Below are positions 1 through 12,846 of a DNA stretch of 64,000 nucleotides, in pieces (the first letter of the stretch is position 1; each line of letters opens with the position of its first letter). Source of the DNA: Macrostomum lignano (taxonomy: Eukaryota); assembly GCA_002269645.1 (NCBI GenBank), contig NIVC01001886.1, positions 62,001-126,000 on the forward strand, in the 5' to 3' direction. The translations under genes were made by a program, and so were the position numbers. The notes beneath the pieces were generated by a model. The model saw only the letters and a program-made list of their open reading frames with translations. It made no database searches and was not told where the DNA came from.

Positions 1-21
1 AACCTAGCAAGTAAACTGTGA

Positions 22-832
22 ACCTCTGATCCTAGGAATGCCCAATATTGAGAGAACAAAAATCCTTAGAAGAGTAAAAGGATAGAGTAGACAGTGCCAT
101 AAGACTGTTTAGGCTAGAAATATAGTATATATACATACACTACCATATACATGCCCAATACCCACCCAACCTATCTGAACTAGATGGGTGAAATGGCTGC
201 TGGCCGAGTTAAGTTGCAAAATTGAAAATGCAAAAAACTAAAAATTTGGGAAAGAAAAGAGATGAAGAGAAAAAGAGAATAAAGGAAAGAGACAAGGGAG
301 GGGGGAAAGAGGAGAGAGAAAGAGAAAGAGAAAAAAAGAGAAGGCAAAAAAAGTCATATACAAAGTGAAAATTAAGTCATAATCAGGGGAACTAAGTTGC
401 AATTGAGAGGAACTAAGTCACAAATCTAGACAAAACTAAGTCACACTAGATGGGTGACATTTTAAGGTTGGGCATATATGTATTGTAGGGCTACTTTTCT
501 ATTTCCTATTATTGAATATCCTAAAGCTGCCACTAAAGTTGTCAAAGGGATAACCTTCTGTCTTTATAAATAATCTCAATGCCACCAAAGTTGTGATAGC
601 ACTAATAAGGATGAGCTTCCCTTTATTGGTTAATGTATTTTCATATCAATGTACTTATGCTTATTGATAGCGTGCCTACCAGTACTTCTCTATCTACTTC
701 TATATTGGTAGCATCTATACATATACTGTATGCTTTGGCCTGAGAGGTCTAATGGCACTGTCTACTTTATTTACTCCTATAAGTTTTCTCTTAGTCCTAG
801 GCATTCCCTGGATCAGAGGGTCATAGCCTTGT
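22..832. repeat. Old imperfect inverted repeat (arms about 22-132 and 720-832), probably a decayed foldback/MITE, with a smaller nested inverted pair at about 140-485
   Basis: CTCTGATCCTAGGAATGCCC...GTAGACAGTGCCAT (left) is the approximate reverse complement of ATGGCACTGTCTAC...CCTAGGCATTCCCTGGATCAGAGG (right). Identity is roughly 70-75% by eye. No TSD seen. Confidence 0.45.
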
Positions 833-1599
833 GAATTTTCCTTGCCCTGAAGCACTTTTCCTGCGCTGAGACGCTTTTCTTGCCCTAAGGCGATCTAACT
901 ACTCTATAGTGCTTTCCTGCCTTGAGGCAATTCTCACTTTTAGCAGTTTTTGATACTCCCAATGAGGGGCTTAATATTATAGAAATGAATAAGCCTTTCT
1001 GAACAATAGCAAATTTAATATGAGAATGATTATATTAACTTTGCTTAGGCAAGTTTATTAGCTTGATAACGAGTCAATATGAGCTGCCACGAGTTATATT
1101 TCTTAGCCTCTTCTGGGCTCCTATTTATACTAAGATTTCAGAGCAAGTTTAAACAAAGTGGAATATTTTCGAAAATAACAACAGTTAAACAAAATCTGTG
1201 TAAATTTAAATGTGCAAGTTTCTAAGAAAGTGTAGCAAAATGTAATGTATTAATTGTGCATAAAAAGATATTCTCATTTCTTTACTTAACACAGGCACTA
1301 CCTTATATGCACTACCAATAGATAAATTCATGTTGTACAACAACTTGGTGATAGATTACAGTCATTTGGGTAATAAGACATTTTGATAACAGTTGTTTTA
1401 GTGATAAGAAAGTAATTTTGACATTCTTTCATTTTACGATCACCTAGCACTGTCCCTATGGGAGTCGGGACTTTTGTTATACGATCCCCCCACAGAGGAC
1501 GGCAAAATTGCTCTTAAAATCAAATATCAAAATGGGACCAATTCTAAGCGCATCATTTTAACATCAAATCTTGTGTCTTATAGAAGTTAGAAGCCTGTC

Positions 1600-2247
1600 C
1601 TTATATTCACGATATACAATCATATGTTATACGATCATTTAAATGGTGAATTTATATGCAGATGATTGCAAGACAAAACCGAAAGAGCTTGTGGGTTTCG
1701 AATTACGATCACTGCATTAGTAGAATTGTATTGGAGGGATTGTATGACGAAAGTGAATGGATTGCTACATATATTAACTGATTAATATATTAACTGATCA
1801 TTGTCACTCTACAGACTGTATCTTAAAACTGTATTTGTTATAAATTCGCACGCCATGCCCCCCTCACTTTTGTCATAAGATCACCCCTTGGTATAATACA
1901 TAGGTCCAATGAACTGGGGGGATCGTAAGACGAAAGTGAGGGGAGGCCGCATGCCCAAAAAGGTTGTAATACAGTTTTAGTAAAAAAGTGCTTCTCATTT
2001 GCGCCACAGGGACTCAGCTTTCTACCTGCAGACATATATCGTAGAGGCAGCTACAATTGATTGTTTAGTTGAAACAACATCTATTATAGTGACAACTTCC
2101 TACCATTTTGTCATACAATCCCTCCAATACAATTTTAACATTAATGTGATCGTAATTTGAAACCTACAAGCTCTTTCGGTTTCGTCTTGCAATCATCTAC
2201 ATATAATTTTACCATTTAAATGATCGCATGACAAAAGTGAATATAAG
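1600..2247. mobile_element. MITE/foldback-like element with about 120-bp inverted arms
   Basis: 1633-1752 (GATCATTTAAATGGT...CAAAACCGAAAGAGCTTGTGGGTTTCG...TTGGAGGGATTGTATGAC) is the near-exact reverse complement of 2107-2226. CTTATATTCAC / GTGAATATAAG extend the symmetry to about 1600 and 2247. No coding capacity. Confidence 0.65.
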
Positions 2248-2929
2248 CTACGTGCTTTTATAACTATGCTATGCCCACTGCACAATCCTCAAGTTGACTG
2301 AAAAGTGAGTTGCAGTGATGAATTAGGTTGACTGGAAAGTGAGTTGCAATGATTTTGTTCTTGAAATATAAATGTGAAATGCACTTTTTGATAAACTATA
2401 GTGTCTCTTTGACTCTTTTTAATGGGGATTGTAAGACAAAACTTGATCTGCTCAGGGATTGTAAAACGAAAGAATGCTGTCATTTTAGTAACAAAAAAAA
2501 TATTGTTTGGTGATAGCCATTTTGTTTTTAAATAGTAAAATTACTTGCAAATCTTAATGGTCAAGGGATATCAAACCTTATCTTTTTTGTAATTTTCTAC
2601 AATAGTTGAATATTGCTTTATTTAATTTTGTTTATTTACAATTCCAAGTTGTGATCTTTTAAATTTATATGTTTTCCAATCCAATTCCAATTATATCTAG
2701 TGAATATCTCTGTTTTTCTCGTAGTCAGCATTTTATAAAGATTCTCTATAGATTTATAGTTTCTGTGTCTAAATGACTAAATATTCTGGGACAATTCAAA
2801 ATGATATGCATAGAAAGAAAACTATTAGTTTGATTTATTTTCCTAATATAATAATCTTTATATCTCTACCTATAAAAATCATAAATCTATAAATCTTAAC
2901 AAAATAATTTCAAGCTGATATTATGAAGC

Positions 2930-3110
2930 ATCTCTTGTCACTAAAATGACTAGGACCTATACTTATAAATTTATTTATTTTTTATCAATGTGTCTATAAC
3001 AAAAGCAACTAGTCACCAAAATGACTATTTGTCACCAAAATGTCTGTCACCAAAATGACTTGTCACTGAAATGACTTATCACTGAAATGACTTGTTACCA
3101 AAATGACTAG
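2930..3110 (+). repeat. Short degenerate tandem repeat of TGTCACCAAAATGAC(T), about 7 copies, with one inverted copy at 2479-2493
   Basis: Direct reading of the sequence. The layout resembles the subterminal repeats of foldback/Mutator-like elements. Confidence 0.6.
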
Positions 3111-3587
3111 GCTTATTTTACCTTTGGTAATAGCCATGGAACAATTCTACAAGGCAGAAGGGATCCCTATATCATATCTTTTGTATATTTATTTTTAATT
3201 AAGTGAGATATTTCACTTGAAAACTATATACTATTTTGCAGTTGTTTACTAAATCAAGATAAGCAAATTGTTATTAACAAATTACAAGTTCATAAGTTTT
3301 GCAAGCAAATGTTATAGACCTAATTCAAATCCTTATGGAAAACTATAACAGGTGTTTATAGGGGGCCTAATCCTATCTAATATCCTACCTAGGTATTTAT
3401 TATAATATTCTATATAGTCTATATGAGCTTCTACAAGGTATTGGTAAATATAGTGCTAAAAGAATAGATTATATTAGAGTATTTATAATTAAATCATTTT
3501 TAATTTTGTCTTTAAAAATCCAATTTAAAATCAACCCTGATGCTTAGCTCAATGCTGTCAGCTATTAGGAGCTATTGAAAAACAAAG

Positions 3588-3669
3588 TGCTACCATGGCT
3601 AAATCAGCACTACCCAAGTGACCAATATTGCTACCATGGCTAAATCAGCACTACCCAAGTGACCAATAT
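3588..3669 (+). repeat. Perfect 41-bp tandem duplication
   Basis: TGCTACCATGGCTAAATCAGCACTACCCAAGTGACCAATAT occurs twice, head to tail. Confidence 0.95.
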
Positions 3670-5584
3670 ATATAATATTCTAGCAACAGCAAGATGGTGC
3701 ACTTTCATTTCATATACTGTACAATAACCATATGGACCTTCCTGTGAGAAAATTTTGCTAATTATTAGCCAAAGGACTTCTGGTCATCTTAATCTACTGG
3801 GATATTATTTCTAAGTACAAGTAGAGCACAATGTGTTCATTCTTTAGAATGAGCAGCAACAATTATTATACAAAAGAAAACGAAAATTACGAAATATTTG
3901 TAATTTTGTGTAAATAAGTACTTTTTAAATTTTATTCAGAATCAGAAAATTAACAAATGCCACGTATGCAATTTAACGAATAGGAAAAATCAAAATGGTT
4001 TCTAGTCTATGGGCATGAATTTTTTCCACCTTCGATGCTCACCGTTCAGTTTTAATTTCGCTTTTTTGTTTTTTTTGGAATACAGGTTGAATTGAAATTT
4101 GCAACGACTCTATAAGAATCTGTCAAAAGTTAATTAATAATTTTATTTAATATTATAAAGGTAATAGTACAGGGGTCCTTGCGTCTAATTTCATACACCA
4201 GTCAAGTACCTGTTTGATTCAATAAAACGATTCAGGCTATATGCTCGGCGCTCGCCCGTGCAACATTTCGACGTTCTCCGACGTACATGTACATTATCCG
4301 ACGTACCCGAAACAGGGACGACTGTACAGTTAGTTATATACAGTGGTCCTTGACCCAAAGTTGATGGACGTCGCAGGTGAATAGGTATTTTATATTGCGC
4401 CAGCGCCGATGACGACGTTTTCATATTTTCCAGTGACATACGTACATGTAAGCCGGCGTCGGATAGCTGTTACATACATGACATCATCGTCTATTAAATG
4501 TATGTCCATGCATGTAGTTGCACAAGCCTCACAATCATGCAATTCTGCAAGGACTACTTAAATTAACCAGCAGTGAAGTAGACTAAACGTGGGCCATTCT
4601 ATAACTACTTTAGCATGCAGTCCTCAATTATTCTAAGCAGAAATTAAAGGCATTAAATATTGATATATGTCTTATATGTACATGTACATATAGTATATAT
4701 GAGGCCGAGAAATATAGAGCCTATCTGCATGTAGGCATCATATGCATATAGGTCCAAAATAGCAAAATGCTATAGACAAGTTTTAATGCTAAAAGGTTAT
4801 AGGGAGCTGGCCACATCATCTTATCTGACGATTAAGGACTTCGCAAAATAAAGTATTGCACGTAACTGTTGTACTACATGTAAATGTACATTTTTAGTTG
4901 CTGGCTGCGACAGGATCACAGAAGTACACACATGGACATGGAGTACACAATAACTTTTCTCAATACTTGGACATGTACGTACACTCGTACATGTTCATAC
5001 TTAATTACAAGAGCAGCTATAATTGAAATAAAAATGTACATATTTCATTTACATGTATACTTATCGTTTATTCTCCTAATTTAATATAATTTAAATATAA
5101 TTTCCTGCTATTTTGAGTCTAGCCTAGCTGTACATTATACACGCTACTTGAAAACTGCATACACACTTACATATGTACATAATGTAACATGTACATTAAA
5201 CAATAAAGCAGGATTAAGAGTTACAATGTGTACATGTATCCCTTATACCTCGGTAAAGCATACATTGGTTAGCAAACTTTGGCAAGCAAACTTTTCCCAC
5301 AAACAATTGTCGTACTCCGTGTGTGGGCTAAAAGTCTTGCCTGCGACGCCAAAAGGAGTGGGGTGTCCATGTGCATGTACATGCGTAGTCCTAGATAATG
5401 GGATCAGTACGCTATATATATGCTCTTAATTAGTTTCAAGAAATTAGTCAGTTAGTTAATTAGTTTCAAGATTTAGTTTCAAGAAATACTTTTACATTTA
5501 TTTTAATGGCCTCTTCCTACTACGAGTATAAAAGCCATTGCTCTTGTGTTCACCAAAAAGTTTCCTCAATATCTTACATGTACA

Positions 5585-6260
5585 TCTCTACATATAAAAA
5601 TCAAAACTCTGTGTGTGTGTGTGTCTGTCTGTGTGTGGACAATTTTGATCGCTATGGACTCCCAAACCGCTCAACCAAATTACACCAAACTTTACACCCA
5701 CCCTAAACTTACTACGGAGAATGTCTTAGGCTACCTTTTAATTTCCTAGACTCAAGTCTTCCTACCTAAAAGTACAAAAAACTGCTCAAAATGCGCGATT
5801 TTTTCACTAAATCCTCCATAGCGCCGCTCCACTTCTACCGATTCTCTTCAAATTTAACACAGACAATCTTCAACTATTTTGACACAATCGTGTAAAATTT
5901 CAAATCTCAAAGTTAATCCTGAAAGCCGCTGTGCACTTTTAAAGTTGGGCTGTTTTTTTCAGCGAGGCAGCCACCCCAACCTCCGCCCGCCTGCCTCTCT
6001 TTCCCGATCTGGGCCCAGATGTGTAAAAGGGTTTCAAAATTGACTAACTTTTAGCTGCCATAAGTTTGCTCCACGTAAAGCGATTGACTTCAAACTTGAC
6101 ACAATTCTTCATTGACTCATTCTCTATCTAAATGTAAAGTTTCAACTCTGTAACTCAACCGAAAAAGAAACTGTAAGCATGTGAAGTTTGTCTGCTTTTT
6201 CTGTTGTTTGTGCCACTCACTCACTCATTCCCCCAGAGCCAGACGAAGGGTCAGGCGATA
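5585..6260 (+). mobile_element. Non-autonomous Helitron/Helentron-like element (5' end clear, 3' end uncertain)
   Basis: Starts A|TCTCTACATATAAAAATC, followed by a (GT)n/GTCT microsatellite and recurring ACCGATT..CAAATTTAACAC / CAAACTTGACAC motifs. This is the typical 5' layout of animal non-autonomous Helitrons. An imperfect hairpin GCCAGAC-GAAGG-GTCAGGC lies at about 6238-6256, but there is no CTAG end. Confidence 0.45.
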
Positions 6261-6751
6261 GGACTGAATGTACATAGCAAATGTACAGTGTTTTGGAATA
6301 ACTTTATTTGTAGCCTTCTCTGCACCCCGAGAGTGGAGAGGCTACGTTTAGCCGTGACAGTTTAGTGAGAAATTCTAACCACTGTCCTCTGTATTGGCAA
6401 ACTCTGCAGCAGTTTAACACTGGATGGCAATTGGCAAATCGAGGGAATCCACTATCCAGCATGGTTTGTAAAAGCGAAATATTTATGAAAAGGCGATGCG
6501 ATGCAATGCAATACAACCCTACTAAATTAGGCACACCATGGAAATTTTAGGTTTCTTTTAAAGGTACTGTGTAAATTTTAAATGGCCTCCTAAGAAATGC
6601 GTATTTCCTTGGTTGTTAGACTGATGCAGACTGTAGTGGAGCTGAAGATACACAAATTCCTTTCAGGGCTGCAAATTGGCAAGAAAGATGACGTGATCAA
6701 ACCATGAGAATAATGATGAGAGTAGTACGTCCCACAAACTGGCTTTCGAAG

Positions 6752-7614
6752 CAGGGATCGGCAGACTTTTACTTCAAAAGCCAGATAAAGAATCCAGCTT
6801 ATGTGCGGGCCAGATGAGAGTGGAAAGGAGAAGGAATAGACTATTAGAATAGAGGAGAGGCGAGACGGGGATAAGAGAAAACATGGAAGATAAGAGGAGA
6901 GACAAGTGGTGAGGAGAGAGCAGAGATGAAGGGAGGAAGAAGCGAGAGGAGGGGAGAAAGGAGGGAGAGGAAAGAGTAAAGGTGAGAAGAGGGGAGAGAT
7001 GAGACAGAGGATCGATGAGAGGAGAGTAGAGAAGTGTGAGAAGAGAGTAGAGATGAGAGAGCAGAAAGAAGATGACAGAGGGTCAAGAGGAGAGGAGAGA
7101 GTAGAAAGGATAGAGAAAAGAGGAGATAAGAGGGGGAGAGAGGAGTGAGAAGAGAAGAGATAGAGATAAGAGTGGGGTGTAAGAAGAGGGGAGAAAGGAG
7201 AGATGAGATTGTAGAGATGAGACAAATGAAAGGAGAGATGAGAGAGTAAAGATGAGAGATGAAAAAGGTGAGAGGAGAGTGCAGAGAGACGAGAGAAGAT
7301 AATAGAGGAGAGAGAGTATAGAAGAGGGAAGAGAAAAGAAGAGAGGAGTAAGGAAAGAGAGGAGTCAGAAGAGGTGAAAGAGAAGAGTACAGAGGAGATA
7401 AGTGAGAGAACGTATTAGAGAGTAAAGATGACAGATGAGAGAGCAGAGATGAGGGTGAACAGACGAGAGATGGGAGAGTAGAGAGAACAGAGGAGAGATA
7501 AGAGAGAAGAGATTACAGAGACTAGAGGAGAGAGGAGAGACAGGGAGAGAGAAGAGGAAATAGGAGAATGAAGAGGGGAGAGAGTAGAGAGGAGAAGAGA
7601 GATGGGAGAGGAGA

Positions 7615-7676
<62 letters not shown>

Positions 7677-8382
7677 CAGAGCAGAGAGAAACGAGAAGAG
7701 ATAAGAGAGAAAAGATAAAAGAAGAGAAAGGAGAGATAAAAACGCAGACAAGAGAGAAGAGAGGTGAGGGAAGAGACGAGTGACGAGGGGAGAGAGAAGA
7801 GATCAAACAAGAAAAGAGATGAGAGGAAAGAGAAAGAGGAAAGAGGTGAGAGAAGAGACGAGAGAAGAGGGGAGAGAGGAGAGATAGAGGAAAGAGGAGA
7901 GAGGAGAGAGTTAAGAGAAGAGAGAAAAGAATAGAGAGGAGAAGGAAGAGACGAGAGAAGAGGGAGAGAGAGGAGAAGAGAGAAAACGAAAAAGTAGAGA
8001 GGAGAGAGGAGAGGAGAGAGAAAAGAAAAGGGAAGAGATGAGATAAGTGATATGAAAGAGAAGAGAGATGAGGGAAGATACGAAAGAAGATAGGAGAGAG
8101 GAGAGGAGAGAGAAAACGAAAGAGTAGAGAGGAGAGAGGAGAGGAGAGAGAAAACGAAAAGTAGAGAGGAGACAGGAGAGAGGAGAGAAGAGAAAAGAGA
8201 CAAAAGATAAGAGAGATGAAAGAGAAGAGAGATGAGGGAAGATATGAGAGAAGAGAGGAGAGAAGAGAGAGGAGAGACGAGGGACGAGAGAGAAGAGAGG
8301 AAACAGAAGAGACGATAGAAATTTTAAAGGATCCAAGGGACATAGGGAGAGTCAGGGGGAGGCCAGAGTTTGCCAATACATG
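6752..8382 (+). mobile_element. Degenerate non-autonomous hAT (Charlie/Buster-like) element whose interior is about 1.5 kb of GA-rich low-complexity DNA, including (GA)n at about 7616-7672
   Basis: 5' end CAGGGATCGGCAGACTTTT...GCGGGCCAGAT. The 3' end GGCCAGAGTTTGCCAATACATG resembles AGTTTGCCGACCCCTG. The flanks TTTCGAAG / TTTTAGAG match only 5/8, so the TSD is decayed. Confidence 0.5.
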
Positions 8383-10524
8383 TTTTAGAGTCAGACAGAC
8401 ATTGCCTGACATTCTGTGAAGTACCCCAGCCAACAATATCAATGTTTGTTTCAAATCCTAATTTTACACGAATGTGTCCATTTTATGTCTACCTCTATCC
8501 TACTAACTATTAACAAGTTTTTGTTTGTGTATGACCTTAGATTTCAGAATACATGCAAAAGTAGTTCCGGGGATTGGAATCCCCCGGGTTCAAAATCCGC
8601 GGGTTTCAACAGCTTGTACTCGTACATACGTAACAGTATTTTATTTACCGCAACTTGCTCGTAAATCAACCCGATAATTAGCTGTGCAACTGTGTTTTTT
8701 ATTGATTGCTGCTGTCGTCAGCTGTGACGTGTGTCGATAAACAAGTATATATCATGCAAATGCGAGTTGTCACGGCCTTGCTCAAGGTGATAAATATCAG
8801 ATAATGCATGTGTTACTCAGAATACTTATAGTCGCACACAGCGTGTGAGATTCAGAACCCCCTTCTGTCCCATTACTTGCCTAAGCTGCCTGACCAGGCA
8901 AGGCGGTTTTCAACATTTTCAACCGGTTATGCTAAAGCAATTAATCAATATACGCTTGTGTGCACTGAAATTCTGCGCGACAGCAAACCGCGTGTCCGTG
9001 GGCGAACAGATCGAGGGGGGTTCCAGCGGTTCCGCAGTCGAACGCCGATGCGTCAGAAAAAATCCCAGTCGAGTTGAAGCTACAGAATCCCCTAGGCGTG
9101 CCCATGGTATATATAAGCTCTCAAAACAGACCGCGCGTAGTCGGAAAAATCCAGAAGATTTTGAGGAAGTGCCTACCATTGAACGCTGGCTCCCAGTTGG
9201 TTGACTGTCTAGTCTATAAAATCCGTTGTTGTTCCCTCCCCGGTGGCTGGCTGGGCGGCCAACCCCTGCGGCCATAGACATAGGGCAAGTCGCCCGCGGC
9301 CTATATAATTCTTCAACTGTTTACTCCGCTCTACCGGACCATTGCAGCCCCAATATATTTGCATTCGGCCTTGCAGTTGCACTCGGACTTGAAAGCCGAG
9401 GGACCAAGAGAAAGAGGGGGAGGGGGCGTTATGATGTAGAACAACAACAGAATTCATCAGCTGCTGCGGCGCAACACACACTCTCCTTCCCGTGACTTTT
9501 GCTTGGAATTTCTTTATATACTTTTTTCTGCTTTAAGGCGCTGTGTTCAAAACGCGCTTACAGCAAAAATGCAGATAGATAAAGAAGAGAGAGAGGCATC
9601 AACCCCCACGCAGAGCCAACTGGCGCTCTGCAATATAATTTTGACAGGGATTTAGTCCCTTCGGATTCGGGAGATTCTCTGTTTTTCAAAAGCCACGGAA
9701 CTGCACTTTAATAGCGCGGCGATCTGTTGGTGGCAGCATCAATTTTTTTACCGATTGTGCAGATGCGCATTCTTGTTATGCCCGCAGTTGTTTTGTTTCC
9801 CTGCGCAAGTTGATTGACTAAAAAAGGCAAACCTGTGCTAAAGCGATTCAGTTTTGATAGGCATCGGGCTTCGACAAAGTCCGAGAAGATTGTGCAGCAA
9901 TTTGACTTGTCAGGCTTAGCTAGATCTGACAGCCGATCTTGGATGACTGTCGTCTACTTTGCCTGTTGAAGGGCATTTCTAGAATTTTGATGGTCAAAAC
10001 CTTTTTGAGACATTTTGATCAAATAAGTTTTGAGGACTACTCCATTGGGAAACTACGTTTCTTAGAAACTATTTATGACACTGGTTTTCGCCGAGAAATA
10101 CACTATGGAGATAGGAAGTTTTTATTTTTTCAGCACAAAAATTGTTATTGCTTTCGATAGGAGGCAGACCCAATGTTCATGTTTAGATAAGTTGTGCCTT
10201 TTTTATAGCTCAATAATTGCATACAATTGCATATGTTCTGTGCCTAAAATCCTTTAAATGGCACGGCTCAGCTCATTGGTTTTATGAATATATTTTTTCA
10301 TTCTCAGCTGACTGTAACAATATGTGCATCAGAGATGATAAAATGGATTCATAAACCAAAGATTCGACCAAAAGTGCCATGCATTTTTATGATTTTTAGG
10401 TACAGGAATTGTACGTGTAGAATAAAAAATTGACATTGATAATTGATGGAGGACCTTGGCGCAGCAGCACCTTCAGCGACATCGTCCCACAACCAGTGCT
10501 GAGGCAATTCTGCCCATTCCACTG

Positions 10525-10780
10525 ACTCCTGAGCACACACAAGAGTGTCAATACTGTACTCAGGCACAGCACTCATGCAAACGCTCACACAGGGTGTACA
10601 GCGGCCCTGGCTTCCTAATCGTCACACATGTACACTCTCCGTGCCTTGGTGATGGACCCTCTCATTTTTCGCGCACAAGCCTCAACTGAATGCGGCCGGA
10701 CACGGAATCAAACCAGGGGGGGGGGGTTGCGACGCGAGAGTCAAAACGAGGCAAGGCGTTGACAGCCGAGCTGCTCTCTG
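10525..10780 (-). mobile_element. tRNA-like SINE family, copy 1
   Basis: The minus strand has an A-box-like GCAGCTCGGCTG (10763-10774) and a B-box-like GGTTTGATTCC (10704-10714). The body matches 14690-14885 (inverted) and the repeat unit of 22104-23415. Confidence 0.55.
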
Positions 10781-11664
10781 CCCCTTTGTGGCCTGGATGA
10801 GGGTTTGGCAGATTGAGATCCAGGGGCGGCGGATGTACTGTTGACCAGCTGATGATCAGCGAATTAACTCCGATAACGGTAAGGCCCCCCTAGAGCTAAG
10901 CAGACTTTAGCTTGACAAGATTCTATAGAACCTATAGCTGGACTAAGAGATTACCAAAATCCAACTGTTTTCTTAGAGCCGCGGCAACAAAAATTGATTT
11001 GCGATTTGCGTTTCGAACACAACGTAGTCTGGCAATAATCCCTCTCGTAAACCGGTTGTAGGGGGGTCTAGAATTTATTCTTAGCAAAACAGCGCAGTGC
11101 AAACTGTGCAACAGGTTCTGCTGACGAAAATACTATAAATTTTAGTGCAAAAGCGATAGAAGAAACATTGCTAAAGCACCTAAGAGTACTACACTTGTCA
11201 ATGCCTTCCGATTGCTGGCTTTTGGCTTTCAAAATTCGCACTAAGCTTCTACTTGGCATGAAAAAAAATGTTTATTGGCTTCGGCCTTGCGTGCACTCGT
11301 CCCTCTCCTTACAGAAGCTCGATGATGAAGGTTTGCGAAATGCCAACCAACCCGGGACAGTTTCTGATGAAGGAGACTTAACTCACTATAGTAGGGCAGT
11401 GAGTAAAAAAATCCACACATCTCTTCACTGTCTTATTTCTCAGCTTCAAGAAAAGCACCGTCAGTTCAACCAAGGAGGCCCTGAACCAGAGCAACTGTTC
11501 AGCTTACGCAACAAAGATAAGCGAGCGTCTGGGTCATTTTTTAATAAACGATTTTTTTCGGGCTAGACATGCATAAATTAGTAAATTATCATTCTTTGAC
11601 TAATTATTTCTACAGTGGCGGATGCAGACAAATTCGTTCGAGAAACATTCCGATTTCTTTAGAG

Positions 11665-12077
11665 CAGGAGTCCTGCAAACTTTTTTCACCTCAAGGGCAA
11701 GATTCACAGAATCGGAGAGGGAGATAGGAGGAGACAGAGGAGAGATGGGAGAGAAGGTGAGGCTCGGGAGAGGAGAGAGAAAAGAAAGAGAGCTGAGAAG
11801 AGATACGGCGGGCCGGATTGCTATTGTGAAGTGGATAGGTTTCACAAACGCGAAACTGCACAACCGCTAAATCACATACTTTCATAAGTGCGAAACTTCG
11901 CAAACACGAAACGTCACAGTCGCTAAGTTTTTTGCACTTACTTTCATATACGATCGTCTTTTTAGCGGCTGTGGAGTTTCGCGGCTGTGAAAGCAACCCT
12001 TGTGAAGCTTCAAAGGACCCGAGGGCCGGATAGAGAGATTTGGCGGGCCGCGAGTGGCCGGAGTTTGCCGACCCTGG
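11665..12077 (+). mobile_element. hAT (Charlie/Buster-type) MITE, 413 bp, with GA-rich core
   Basis: Termini are CAGGAGTCCTGCAAACTTTT and GCGGGCCGCGAGTGGCCGGAGTTTGCCGACCCTGG. An exact 8-bp TSD CTTTAGAG sits at 11657-11664 and 12078-12085, with TA at positions 4-5, the Buster-type target pattern. Confidence 0.85.
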
Positions 12078-12846
12078 CTTTAGAGCCATATAGTCGTCTG
12101 CTTCGAAAGACACGGAAGCAGATACGTTCTAAAAATCTAAACGACTAGCTCATAGCTTCCAAAAGAGAACAAGTACATGAAAATCTGCTCAACCGAACGC
12201 CGACGCAGAAACTGTCTCATCTAAGAAGAGCATCTTTTGTGTGTCAAGTAAAAAGATGCCAGTCAGCCTAAAGCTGTCTGAAAGTGGTAAGGTTTGGAGA
12301 AGAGTGGCTACTCCAGATTCTGGTTCTGGGCCTCCTTGATCCAACGTAAAAGAGGATTTTCAACTCTTGAAAGCCAATGCAGGTCGAAGAGTTCTCTCTC
12401 CTCCTATGGCCCTAGCTGAGGCTCCCTCTATGATTAAATTCTGGCCTAAGGTCTTGGCCAATAGGGACAACCGGGATCCTCTGGCCTAAGTCCGCCTCGA
12501 TCGCTTTACTTCCTTTCCATCGAAACTCCTCTCTCGCGTCAAGCGGCGCCCGACTCTTCATAACCACGGCTCACATGCCTCTATCTCCTTCCTAGCGGGA
12601 GAATGCCGACTGCAGTACTGAGCTTACTAAAATCGGGAAGTTGAGCCTCATAATTTGATCCCCTTACACACGCGCACAGACACAGCAACTAAGCTGCACT
12701 GTCAAAGGTCCTGCTTTGTCAACACTTCAGGTAAGACTGGCGCCCACTGATTCAATGCAAGTATAGAGAGACCAATAAAGCTGTTTCAAATAGAAAAATG
12801 AACCTTTATCAAGACGGAAGATGCGGTGACTATGGAAGGTGCTAAG

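Noticed and set aside
6590-8454. Leu/Ser-rich 'membrane protein' ORFs on the minus strand (also 47.7-49.2 kb)
   Set aside because: These are translations of the pyrimidine-rich complement of GA low-complexity DNA, with no domain structure.
8845-9495. Cluster of 65-120 aa overlapping ORFs in a GC-richer patch
   Set aside because: No recognisable motif, no preferred frame or strand, and no convincing splice structure.
10882-11069. Small MITE candidate with GGCCCCCCTA / TAGGGGGGTC ends
   Set aside because: The TIR is only about 10 bp with a mismatch, and the flanks (TAA versus TAG) do not form a TSD.
11379-11398. TAACTCACTATAGTAGGG resembling a T7 promoter or vector contamination
   Set aside because: The match to TAATACGACTCACTATAGGG is only partial and there is no other vector sequence, so chance is likely.
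12090-12790. Possible solo LTR (AATAAA followed by ...TTTCA near 12775-12787)
   Set aside because: No clear TG start, TSD, PBS/PPT or second copy in the window.
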